A stretch of 64,000 nt of DNA from the NCBI RefSeq assembly GCF_028641065.1, contig NC_073412.1, positions 7,502,001 to 7,566,000 of the forward strand, given 5' to 3'. The notes under the pieces are model-generated. The model was not told the DNA's origin, ran no database searches, and was given only the letters and a program-made list of their open reading frames with translations. Position numbers and translations under genes: made by a program. Of this stretch, positions 22,401 to 34,400 are shown one piece after another. Positions within the stretch are counted from its first letter, which is position 1, and each line of letters starts with the position of its first letter. Source of the DNA: Leucoraja erinacea. Lineage: Eukaryota.

Positions 22401-25400
22401 TAGGAGGCTGTAGATATATCGTAGCGGCTTGTTATGTCAGCTGTAGGTACTCGGGGCATTAAATGTTGCAATCTTTCTCCTCCCGACTATCTTTTTACTC
22501 GTTGACATTTTTTGTCATACTGGAAAAAACGTCCCGACTTACTTGATGCCCCGAGTAATTACAGCTGACATAACGAGGCGCTACGAAATATCTACAGACT
22601 CCTACCACCTCCTACGGACCCCGTTACGAACATTCGCCGAGTTTGAATCAAGGGGAAACTCGGGAGAATTCGTGAGCAACTCAGGAAAGTGGGACATACC
22701 CTTAATAATGCTGACAATGAGGGGTGCATTTCAGACCAGGGATTGTGTTCAAAGTTATTAATAATGAAACACGGATTTTTAACGCACTGGATTATTATCA
22801 CACTTCACCTATCAGATATAATTACCGCATTTAAGAGATTTTTAGACATATACTTACATAGGCATGGCATAGAAAGATACAGACAAACAGGATTAGTGTA
22901 GATGGGTAAAAATGTTGGCATAGAAACATAGAAATTAGGTGCAGGAGTAGGCCATTCGGCCCTTCGAGCCTGCACCGCCATTCAATATGATCATGGCTGA
23001 TCATCCAACTCAGTATCCCGTACCTGCCTTCTCTCCATACCCCCTGATCCCCTTAGCCACAAGGGCCACATCTAACTCCCTCTTAAATATAGCCAATGAA
23101 CTGGCCTCAACTACCCTCTGTGGCAGAGAGTTCCAGAGATTCACCACTCTCTGTGTGAAAAAAGTTCTTCTCATCTCGGTTTTAAAGGATTTCCCCTTTA
23201 TCCTTAAGCTGTGACCCCTTGTCCTGGACTTCCCTAACATCGGGAACAATCTTCCTGCATCTAGCCTGTCCAAACCCCTTAAGAATTTTGTAGGTTTCTA
23301 TAAGACCCCCTCTCAATCTTCTAAATTCTAGAGGGTATAACCCAAGTCTATCCAGTCTTTCTTCATAAGACAGTCCTGACATCCCAGGAATCAGTCTGGT
23401 GAACCTTCTCTGCACTCCGTCTCTGCACTCCCTCTATAGGTGTGTGCTGCATTTCTATGCTGCACGATACTATGACAATCACTCTGGAGATTGCTGCATT
23501 ATAAGCAGCTATACACTTGCTTCTGAGAGCATGGGTCAAAGGTTGGTTACAATAAAACTGTGGCTTTGGGGAAGCAGGGTAATGAAAGTCACAATAGCTC
23601 ATTCCCGTTTGGTTATTTCTTCAAATAAATCAATACGTACTTCTGAAATATCAGTCGCCGTCATAACAAAATACACAATGGTATAAGCGTTGGGCAGACG
23701 GTGTGGGGGGGGGGGGGGAAGATTTCCAATTAGTGGATGGTCCTTCTAACTCAATAATTGAGGTGAAGAATGGGATCAGGTAACTCAAGGGTAAACTTTG
23801 GAACATGGGATGGTGTTAGTGGACAGTGGAAGAGAGGAGGTAAGGAATAGGTGACGTTTCGGGTTGAGACCCTTCCTCAGGTGTGAAGAAGGGTCTCGAC
23901 CCGAAACGTCACCTATTCCTTCGCTCCATAGATGCTGCTGCACCTGCTGAGTTTCTCCAGCATTTTTGTCTGAAACGTTGCCTATTTCCTTCGCTCCATA
24001 GATGCTGCTGCACCCGCTGAGTTTCTCCAGCATTTTTGTGTACCTTAGATAATTCTTTCTTTGTTGAACAATCTGCTAGATTGTTCCCAGTGATCACTGT
24101 ATTTGATGCCCTTAATAAATTCTTGATTGCTTTGCCCGAGATCGTGTGTTTAAAGTTTCCTTTAACAGTGACTACAGGCTTGAGGAGCCCTCTTCTGGCT
24201 AGTATGGAGATGATGGGCTATGTGGTAAAAATGTTATATCAGGCTATGCAGCAATCTGACATGAAAACGGTCAACGGCACCACTTTCTCACCGGGAATTA
24301 GCTTGGCACTCACTGAACGAGGATAGGCTGAAACCGCGTTGAGCTGTAACTCCGAGGGGCACGCAGTCCTCATTGTGAGGGTGTCTAGTGATGGCGGCAA
24401 CTGATTCCCGCCCATCCACGACAGGCCCCTGCGGGCGGGGAAGCGGCTGTGGAAACGGTTGAGTGCCAGTCCGCTTCCGTGGTTGGAGCTCCCCTTCGGG
24501 CCGTGGTTGACGGGAGCCTGGCCTTGGGGAGAGAGCAGGGTTGACCAGTTCAAGGACGGGTTGTTGAGACCTCCCAGCTCCGTCGTGCCGTTCCCCCCCA
24601 TCGTGGCGTGGGAGCCAATGAACGCCAGCTCTTCCATCATCTGGTTGTGCCGGTACGTGCTGGGGTAAATAACAGACTGAAATATGAAAGAAACACCCAG
24701 GATCAGCAACGCCAGCAAACAAAGAGCTTGCTTACAAACTCAACCAAATCAGATCAAAAATATCTGTGTGCCATTTACAACCATTTCCATTCGTGCTCCG
24801 ATTTAGAATCCAACTGCCCCTGTCCCACTTAGGAAACCTGAACGGAACCTCTGGAGACTTTGCGCCCCACACCCCACCCAAGTCCTGCACATGGCGGTTC
24901 CCGGAGGTTTTGTCAGTCTCCCTACCTGCTTCCACTACCTGCAACCTCCGGCAACCACCTGCAACCAACTCACCGGACGAACCGCACGGAAACCTTGGGT
25001 GGGGCGCAAAGTCTCCAGAGGTTTCCGTTCAGGTTTCCCAAGTGGGACAGGGGCATTACAGCACGGAAACAGGCCCAACTCATCCTTGCAACCAAGATGC
25101 TCCATCTAAACTAGTCCCACTTACCTGCGTTTGGCCCATATCCCCTTAACCTTTCCTATCCATGTACCTGCCTTCTTCCATCCATTTACATTTTCCTCAT
25201 TGGGAGGGTGCTGGTTCAATTCGGTCAAGAGTTTGAAGCCACCTCTAGTGCCCCCCTGTTGTAGCGCTAACATCAACCAACTTTAGACAGTGTAGACAAG
25301 TCAAGTCAAGTTTATTTGTCACATACACATACAAGATGTACAGTGAAATGAAAGTGGCAATGCCTGCGGTTAGGGTGAGGCTTAAGTAAGCAGGTACTTA

Positions 25401-28400
25401 AAGTCAACCTGAAGTGGTTCACTTGTCAACTAAACCAAGTTCAGGATAAGAGGGGTCAAGGAAAGAGCGTTCGCGTCACGGCCCCGTTTCAACCAATCTT
25501 TCCACCACCACGCACAAGAAGCACAAGATAGACACCATTGTATGCAGATGCCGAGAAGTGTGGCGGTGCTGGCTCGAAGGGCCAAATGGCCTACTCCTGC
25601 ACCTATTGTCTATTGTATTCAGCTCTGGCTGAACAACTTCTAATCTTGTGTGTGGACTCGATAGGAAGAAGAAGGTAGATAAGAGAAGGCCTTGGCATTA
25701 CATTCAGGATAGCAGTTTTTCCTTCCCTGAAGGTAGCAAACGCATTGGCTTCAATGTCACTAAATTAGTTAATTACTCAAAATTAAATTACCTAGCCTTA
25801 ATTCATATTGATGTCTCCAATCCTTAGGCCTGGCCTCTGGTTACTACCAGCAATGCTGCCATTTTACCACTGTACTCACCGCTCCACAGTGTCTAGCAAT
25901 AGATTAATCACCTGGCTCTGCACAATATGCAAGATTGCCAACTGGAAACGTCACAACTCAGAAGCTGGTGTGAAAAATCCCACAGTTAAATGCCATGTGG
26001 AGTTTGGAAGTAAAACTCAATGAATGGAGGACTTTAAACGAGCATTTAACCTGTGTTATTTTTGATCAGCTGCTAACACTGGTATGCTATCTGTACACTG
26101 CGGATGGCTCGATTGTAATCATGTATAGTCCTTCTGCTGAATGGTTAGCAGGCAACAAAAGCTTATCACTGTACCTCGGTAGACAGACAGATTCAGATTC
26201 AGATTCAGATTCAGATTCAATTTTAATTGTCATTGTCAGTGTACAGTACAGAGACAACGAAATGCATTTAGCATCTCCCTTGAAGAGCGACATAGCAAAC
26301 GACAGATATGATTAAGGATCAAGGGAAGTCTTTTAGGTCCGAGATGAGAAAAACATTTTTCACACAGAGAGTGGTGAATCTGTGGAACTCTCTGCCACAG
26401 AAGGTAGTTGAGGCCACAGTTCATTGGCTATATTTAAGAGGGAGGTAGATGTGGCCCTTGTGGCTAAAGGGATCAGGGGGTATGGAGAGAAGGCAGGTAC
26501 AGGATACTGAGTTGGATGATCAGCCATGATCATATTGAATGGCGGTGCAGGCTCGAAGGGCCGAATGGCCTACTCCTGCACCTATTTTCTATGTTTCTAT
26601 GACAGTGTCGTTTAATAGACTTCTGGATATTGATATGCAGGGAATGGATCATGTGCAGGTGGATCAGAGAGGTCAAGGAAAGAGCGTTCACGTCACGGCC
26701 CTGTTACCACCAATCTTTCCACCACCACGCACAAGAAGCACAAGACAGACATCATTGTATGCAGATGCCGAGAAGTGTGGTGGTGCTGGCTCGAAGGGCC
26801 AAATGGCCTACTCCTGCACCTATTGTCTATTGTGTATTGTGTTCAGCTCTGGCTGAACAACTTCTAATCTTGTGTGTGGGCGCGATAAGAAGAAGAAGGT
26901 AGATAAGAGATGGCCTTGGCTTTATATTCGGCACAGACATTGTGGGCTGAAGGGCTGTGCTGTTCTATGATCTACATAGACAAGTCATAGAAACATAGAA
27001 AATAGGTGCAGGAGTAGGCCATTCGGCCCTTCGAGCCTGCACCGCCATTCAATATGATCATGGCTGATCATCCAACTCAGTATCCTGTACCTGCCTTCCC
27101 TCCATACCCCCTGATCCCTTTAGCCACAAAGTCCACATCTAACTCCCTCTTAAATATAGCCAATGAACTGGCCTCAACTACCTTCTGTGGCAGAGAATTT
27201 CACCACTCTCTGTGTGAAAAATGTTTTTCTCATCTCGGTCCTAAAAGATTTCCCCCTTATCCTTAAACTGTGACCCCTTGTCCTGGACTTCCCCAACATC
27301 GGGAACAATCTTCTGTGGCAGAGAATTCCACAGATTCACCACTCTCTGTGTGAAAAATGTTTTCCTCAAGTCAAGTTCAATCTCGGCACCAATGGTGAGT
27401 ATAATCACTTAAAAGAGAAATATGCACACCCTCAATCGCCAAATGCATGGGACCACACACTCGGAGTTGTGGTGGGAATTCACAAGGGCCACAAGAGTGC
27501 AGCATTAAGAGATTACCCGCTAACTCTTGCCGCTTGGTGTAACTCACTTTATTCTGGTTGGTACCATACGGAGGAGCAGTATGAACACTGCCACTCACAC
27601 CCGGAGTGTTTTGCAACACACGATAAACTTGCTCAATGACACCCAGAGCCCGGAGGAGGTTCTCCCGCTGCAGAAGCCCGCTGAGTCGCTGCAACTCCTC
27701 CTCGTAAATAATGTCCAGTGGCTTCATGATGTCCATGGCCTCCTGTAAAAACATGCAACAACAAGAGAGAACAACTTGATTACCAAAAGGTGCAGCAACC
27801 CGCCAGGCTCGTGAATTCATTCAGAGAGAAGGGCATCACTGACCTGCACACTTACCACACCTCATGAGTGGACCAGGATACAAGAAATAACAGCACAAGT
27901 GGGGCCCAATCAGCCTGCTCTGCCATTCAACAAGATCATGGCTCATCTTCTACCCTCAATGCCATTTCCATGTCCCTTGCTTCTTCCAATAACCATCGAC
28001 CACAGTTCTGAATGCAGTCAGTCACCAAGACTCCACAGCCCGCTTGCAGAGAACTCAAAAGATTCAACCACCTTGCACATGAAGACATTATTGCACCCCT
28101 TTCCTTATCAGGCAACAACGAGAGCAGTCATGAGCCAATATCTACCTCATTGGAGACCCTCGGACTATCTTTGACCGAACTTTACTGGTTTTCAACTTGA
28201 GCGCCCTGGAGAGGAACAGACTACAAAAAGTAGTAAACACTGCCCAGTCCATCATCGGCTCTGACCTTCCTTCCATCGAGGGGATTTATCGCAGTCACTG
28301 CCTCAAAAAGGCTGGCAGTATCATCAAAGACCCACACCATCCTGACCACACACATCTCCCTGCTACCTCAGTAGAAGGTACAGGAGCCTGAAGACTGCAA

Positions 28401-31400
28401 CAACCTTCGTCCCTGTAGGAGGCCACCAGGTACTAAAACCTGGCTAGTTGATTACCCAGTCCCATCGCACTGTGCTCAGACCTTCCTTCCATCTAGATAT
28501 GGACGCATCGACTACCTAAAAGCCTCAGGCCCACACCTGGCCCGGACCAAACTCAGGAACATTCAGGTATAGCTACTTCCCTGAAGACTACATTAATAAC
28601 CCGGACCACCAAAAACTCTCTGATTATAATAACCCATTATCTGTTATTTGCACTTTATCAGTTTATTTATTCATGTGTGTATATATTTATATAATGGTAT
28701 ATGGACACACTGATCTGTTTTGTAGTAAATGCCTACTATGTTCTGTGTGCTGAAGCAAAGCAAGAATTTCATTGTCCTATACAGGGACACATGATAATAA
28801 ACTCACTTGAACTTGAACTTGAACTTTAGCTTGCACTAAACGTTATTCACATTGTTCCCTTTATCATGTATCTGTACACTGTGGATAGCTCGATTGTAAT
28901 CTTGTGGTATCTTTCCACAGACAGGCTAGCACGCAACAAAAGTTTTTCACTGTACGTGACAATAAACTAAACCAAACTCAACTTATTTTCACACAGTGAT
29001 TTCTCTACTAGGGGAAAGAAACTCCTCACATTGACCACAGGATCTCTTGGACAACTGACAAGCCAGCGGTATGAAGGTAGATTTCTAATAATTTCAATTA
29101 ACCCCTGCATTCTCTCTGGTCACCCCCCTCCCTCACCATAGTCTTCCTACTAGTTCCACTGTTTGCATCCTTGTAACCCTTCGTTATCACCTCTTTCCCA
29201 GCCAACAACGGACCATTGTGGGCTCCACCCTTCCTTGGTCATCTGTTGCCAGCCCTGCTTTGTTCTGGCCTTTTCTTTTACCTCCAGTTTCTTTGCCTCT
29301 ACTTTCAGTCTGAAGAAAGGTCCCAACCCAAAAACATCACCCATCCTTTTTTCTCCAGAGATGCTGACTGACCCGCTGAGTTACTCCAGCACTTTGCGTC
29401 TATCTCCGGTATAAACCAGCATCTGCAGTTCCTTTCCCCACAAGAACTCTGTATGTTGCTGCGAAGTCACCTCCCTTCCTTCTAACCAGAAGCCAAGCCG
29501 ACTAGTCTCTGTTCAAATATCCTAATGCTAATTTCAGTCACTGACTGTGTCCACCCGGAAGTTAGATACATCACTTGGGGTGATACATCACTTGGGGTGA
29601 TACATCACTTGGATTCTCGTTTTTAATTGCAATCAAAATTCCCTGTTGAACGAATGGAGATTAAACGTGGTAGGTTTTCCAACTCATGTGCCCATTTAGA
29701 TATTAACAGTGGGCTCAAGGAGTATCAGGCTTCCAACATGCATATGTTAGCAAGCATCAACTGAAGAGAGAGTTGGGAAGCTGCCAAGAGAAGGGATAGA
29801 TTTCATCATCAACAACAATTTTACATCTGCAGACATCAGGTGACACACTTCGTTGACCAAAGTGCTGGCCACACACGTGGGTCCTGAAATGTCCTGTAAA
29901 TTTTAGAGGGGATGAAATAGCGAGGCACATATAAGTGGGCTAAGGCAATATGTGGAATCAAGGGCATTGGGCTGACAGTGGTGAAGGAAGAAGACTTGTG
30001 GAAAGCAACAAGAGGAATTTTAAAAACGAGGCAGGAATTGTTTTAAGTGGCAGAGAGCACAGAGCTCTTATAGAGGTGTACAAAAGTCATGAGCGGAATA
30101 GATCGGGTAAATGCACACAGTCTCTTGCCCAGAGTCGGTGAATCGAGGACCAGAGGTTCAAGGTGAAGGGGAAAAGATTTAATAGAGATCTGAGAGGTAA
30201 CTTTTTCCACACAAAGGGTGGTGCGTGTATAGAACAAGCTGCCCGAGGAGGTGGTTGAGGCTGGGACTATGTGCAAATATCCTAATGGTGAAGGAAGAAG
30301 ACTTGTGGAAAGCAACAAGAGGAAATTTAAAAACGAGGCAGGAATTGTTTTAAGTGGCAGAGAGCACAGAGCTCTTATAGAGGTGGGACTATCCCAATGT
30401 TTAAGAAACAGTTAGACAGGTACATGGATAGGACAGGTTGTGAGGGATATAGACCAAATGCAGGCAGGTGGGACTAGTGCAGCTGGGACATGTTGGCCGG
30501 GGTGTGGGCAAGTTGGGCTGATGGGCCTATTTACATACTGTATTAATGGATGGGATTTATATAGCACCTTTCTAGATACTCAAGGTGCTTTACATCGCAT
30601 TATTCATTCACTCCTCAGTCACACTCGGTGGTGGTGAGCTACTTCTGTAGCCACAGCTGCCCTGGGGCAGACTGACGGAAGCGTGGCTGCTAATCTGCGC
30701 TTACGGCCCCTACCACCACCAATCACTCACACACATTCACGCGCAGGCAAAGGTGGGTGAAGTGTCTTGCCCAAGGACACAACGACAGTATGCACTCCAA
30801 GCGGGATTCGAACCGGCTACCTTCCGGTCGCCAGCCGAACATTTAGCCCTTTGCGCCACCTGCCGCCCAATACTTACTCTATGACTGTAAAAGTTGGGGA
30901 TAATGGGTAAGTGGAAGCTACTGTGAACAGAATGTGGGGAGAAGAAGCTCAGGTTTGACAAATCAATGGAGGCAGAGTGATAGTGCTATTGCATTACAGC
31001 ACCAGGGACCCTGGTTCAATCCTGACCAAGGATGTTGTCTGTACAGATTTCGCATTCTCCCCATGACTGCGTGGGTTTGCTCTGGGTGCCCTGGTTTCCT
31101 CCCACATTCCAAATAAGTGAAGGTTTTTTAAGTTGATTGGCTTCCGTAAATTGTCCCTAGTGTGTAGGATAGAACCAGGCGATCGTTGGTCAGTGCAGGC
31201 TCAGTGGGCCGAAGGGCCTGTTTCCACACTGTATTTCTAAAACTAAACTAAACCAAACGCCAGAAAGGGAAGGACAAAATGGTGACACACCTAATCAAGA
31301 CAAGATCCAGTGACCACAAATCTCCGGTTACACAAAAAAGCTGGAGAAACTCAGCGGGTGCAGCAGCATCTATGGAGCGAAGGAAATAGGCAACGTTTCG

Positions 31401-34400
31401 GGCCGAAACCCTCAAGGGTTTCGGCCCGAAACGTTGCCTATTTCCTTCGCTCCATAGATGCTGCTGCACCCGCTGAGTTTCTCCAGCTTTTTTGTGTGAC
31501 CACAAATCTCCTCCTGACTACTTAGGGAAGGGTCCCGGTCTGAAACGTCGCCTGTTCCATTGTCTCCACAGATGCTGCCTCACACCCACTGAGTTCCTCT
31601 AACACTCTGTGTTTGCTGTAGAGGGTTAACCCTGCAGCCCGCTCACCTCACTAAAAAACAGGTTTGTAGATCGGAATAATAGATGGTTACTAAAATATAC
31701 CTCAACGTTGACTAGTGAAGCTGAAATGCCGGCTGCTATGTGATTAATATAAATATCAACTTACAATGAGCAAGAAATGCAAGTTATAAAGGTAGAGAAT
31801 ACTCACTGTGGCTAATCTTCCTCTTTCCCCTGAGGGTGTTAAATCATGGTAACCCTTTAATATATCTTCCCCTGATCTATCTATTGTACTTGAATTTCAC
31901 TTGATTGCATTCATGTATAATATTATCTGATCTGTTTGGGTAAGATGCGTTTTTTCACTGTCCTTTGGTACACATGACAATAATAAACCTGCACCTGCCA
32001 TTGTCACAAAAAAGCGGGACATGCAGCATCTCTGGAGAGAAGGAATGGGTGACGTTTCGGGTCGAGACCCTTCTTCAGACTGGTTACACCACAGAGATGT
32101 TGCCTGCCCTGCTGAGTTACTCCAGCTTTTGGTGTCTATCTTGGGGTTTAAACCAGCATCTGCAGTTCCTTCCTACACTTTAAGTAGCGTCCATTCTGCA
32201 ACCTGCCATCTTAGAATTATACTCTTTCCTATCCAGATGAGGAACAACCTGACTTTGCCCTCCTTAGTCAAGGGGTATCAAACTGCTCTATATCTCAGTC
32301 ACTATCATACTGATTGCAATCCATTCAGACATGAAACACGACTCATAACACCAACATAACGTCTGTTGGGTGTGTCAAACCTCGCTAACACTCTAGAAGC
32401 AAGTTTACTCTCCAAGTTGACTGTGATTAGCATCTCTGTAAGAAATTCATTTTACACATTTTCACCCACAAATTGTTACTGCCACTCCAAGTTTCCCATT
32501 CAAGGTAGGGTTTGTCACCCTGATGGGCTCCCATCTTTTATTTCCACATTCGTCATCAGTTTAGATCATTCTTGTGCTGAAAATAACAAGCCAGGAACAA
32601 GTCTAGGAAAATTTGGAAGGACACAAAGTCCTGGAGTAACTCAGCGAGGCAATGGGTCGAGTTTTGGGTTGAAACCCTAAGAAAGGTCTCGACTCGAAAT
32701 GTCACCCATTCCTTCTCTGCAGATGCTGCCTGTCCTGCTGAGTTACTCCAGTTTTTTGTGTCTATCTTCAGTTTAAACCAGCATCTGCAGTTCCTTCTTG
32801 AACAGTACCAACAAACCTAGTCTCCTAATTATTATCAAACAAAAGTCTTTAAATGACGATCAACTAGGGTAAAAAAAAAAAATTAAAAAAAAGGACGCAA
32901 AGTGCTGGAGTAACTCAGCGGGTCAGGCAGCATCTCTGGAGAACTTGGGTAGCTGACGTTACAGGTCGGGACCCTTCTTCAGACCCTTCTTGATCTAGGG
33001 TGTCCTGACTAGGCACCACTGTTGCTGATGTTTTGGTCAATGAGATACAAATGACAAGAACTAATAACTCATTGTATTCGTTTGTGAATATCTTTATTAC
33101 GAAGGGCGAGGAGCAGATGCATCTAAATTAATCAGACTTGAGAGAGATCCTGAAAGGTCAGTCGGCAGAGGTGAATGGGATGAGAACGTATTGGCAATTG
33201 TTCTGAGACCTACAACAGAATTAAAAAGGTGTCATTTAACATCAGTCACTGGAGAAATCGATTTTCCTGATGTTTCTTTCAAGGAAGTTTCTTTTCAGCA
33301 GTTATTTTACTCAAAATGAGAGCAATCAATGAACCATTCCAAGCACATTTGGCCACCACAATGCCAAGGGCACAGTTAGATACCGAACCAGATTTTATCC
33401 TTTATCCCTCTGGCATCAGCAGGTAAATTATCCCAACTCCAGCCATGTAATACAATCCAATTCAGGACTTGCCTTGACAATGCTCAAGTTCATTGAATGC
33501 AAGATCCTTCCTATTTATACAGAAGATAATCTTGGCTGGTTTTGAAAAGCCTTCAGGAACTGAATATCTCAAACACAAGGCACTGCACGTTATTACTAGT
33601 GTGATTAACAGACTACATATTGATCAAGGTCATCAAAATTATCTTTGCTTAATGCTTCGTTCAATCCTCTGGCTGTTTTTATCCTTATTTGCTTTCAAAC
33701 GTAATGGTGAAACATTATTAGGTGATAAGACCAATTATATCATAAGACTAGAACAGAATTAAACCGTTCAACCCAATGAGTCTGTTCGACCATTCGATCA
33801 TGGCTGGTCTATCATTCTCATGCCTTTCCCCTGTAACCTTTGATACCCTTATAGCCCTGTCCCACGGTACGAGTTCATTCAAGTGCTTTCCCGAGTTTAA
33901 AAAATAGCAAACTCGTGGTAAGCACGGAGAATGAACGTAGCGGGTACGTCGGAGCTCGGGGACATTTCTTAGATTCAGATTCAGATTCAGATTCAATTTT
34001 AATTGTCATTGTCAGTGTACAGTACAGAGACAACGAAATGCATTTAGCATCTCCCTGGAAGAGCGACATAGCAAATGATTTGAATAAATAATAATAAGTG
34101 TCCGGGGGGGGGGGTGGTGATTGGCAGTCACCGAGGTACGTTGTTGAGTAGAGTGACAGCCGCCGGGAAGAAGCTGTTCCTCGACCTGCTGGTTCGGCAA
34201 CGGAGAGACCTGTAGCGCCTCCCGGATGGTAGGAGGTTAAACAGTCCATGGTTGGGGTTCAAAACGCTAATGGCAGGTACTCGGGAAGACTCGCTAACGG
34301 CAGATAAGCACAGGAAGATTCGTGAAGATTTTTCAACATGTTGAAAAATGTCCACAAGAGCCCCAAGTACCGACGAGCGGCCATTACCGTAAATCTCCGA

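Noticed and set aside
24045-24217. Open stretch PIISILARRGLLKPVV...ELSK as an extra TTLL13 exon
   Set aside because: Needs a phase-0 donor, but the upstream donor is phase 1 (giving an early TAA), and its apparent donor is the edge of a PLE module.
29565-29612. 17-bp unit GATACATCACTTGGGGT repeated about three times
   Set aside because: Simple local tandem duplication with no further structure.
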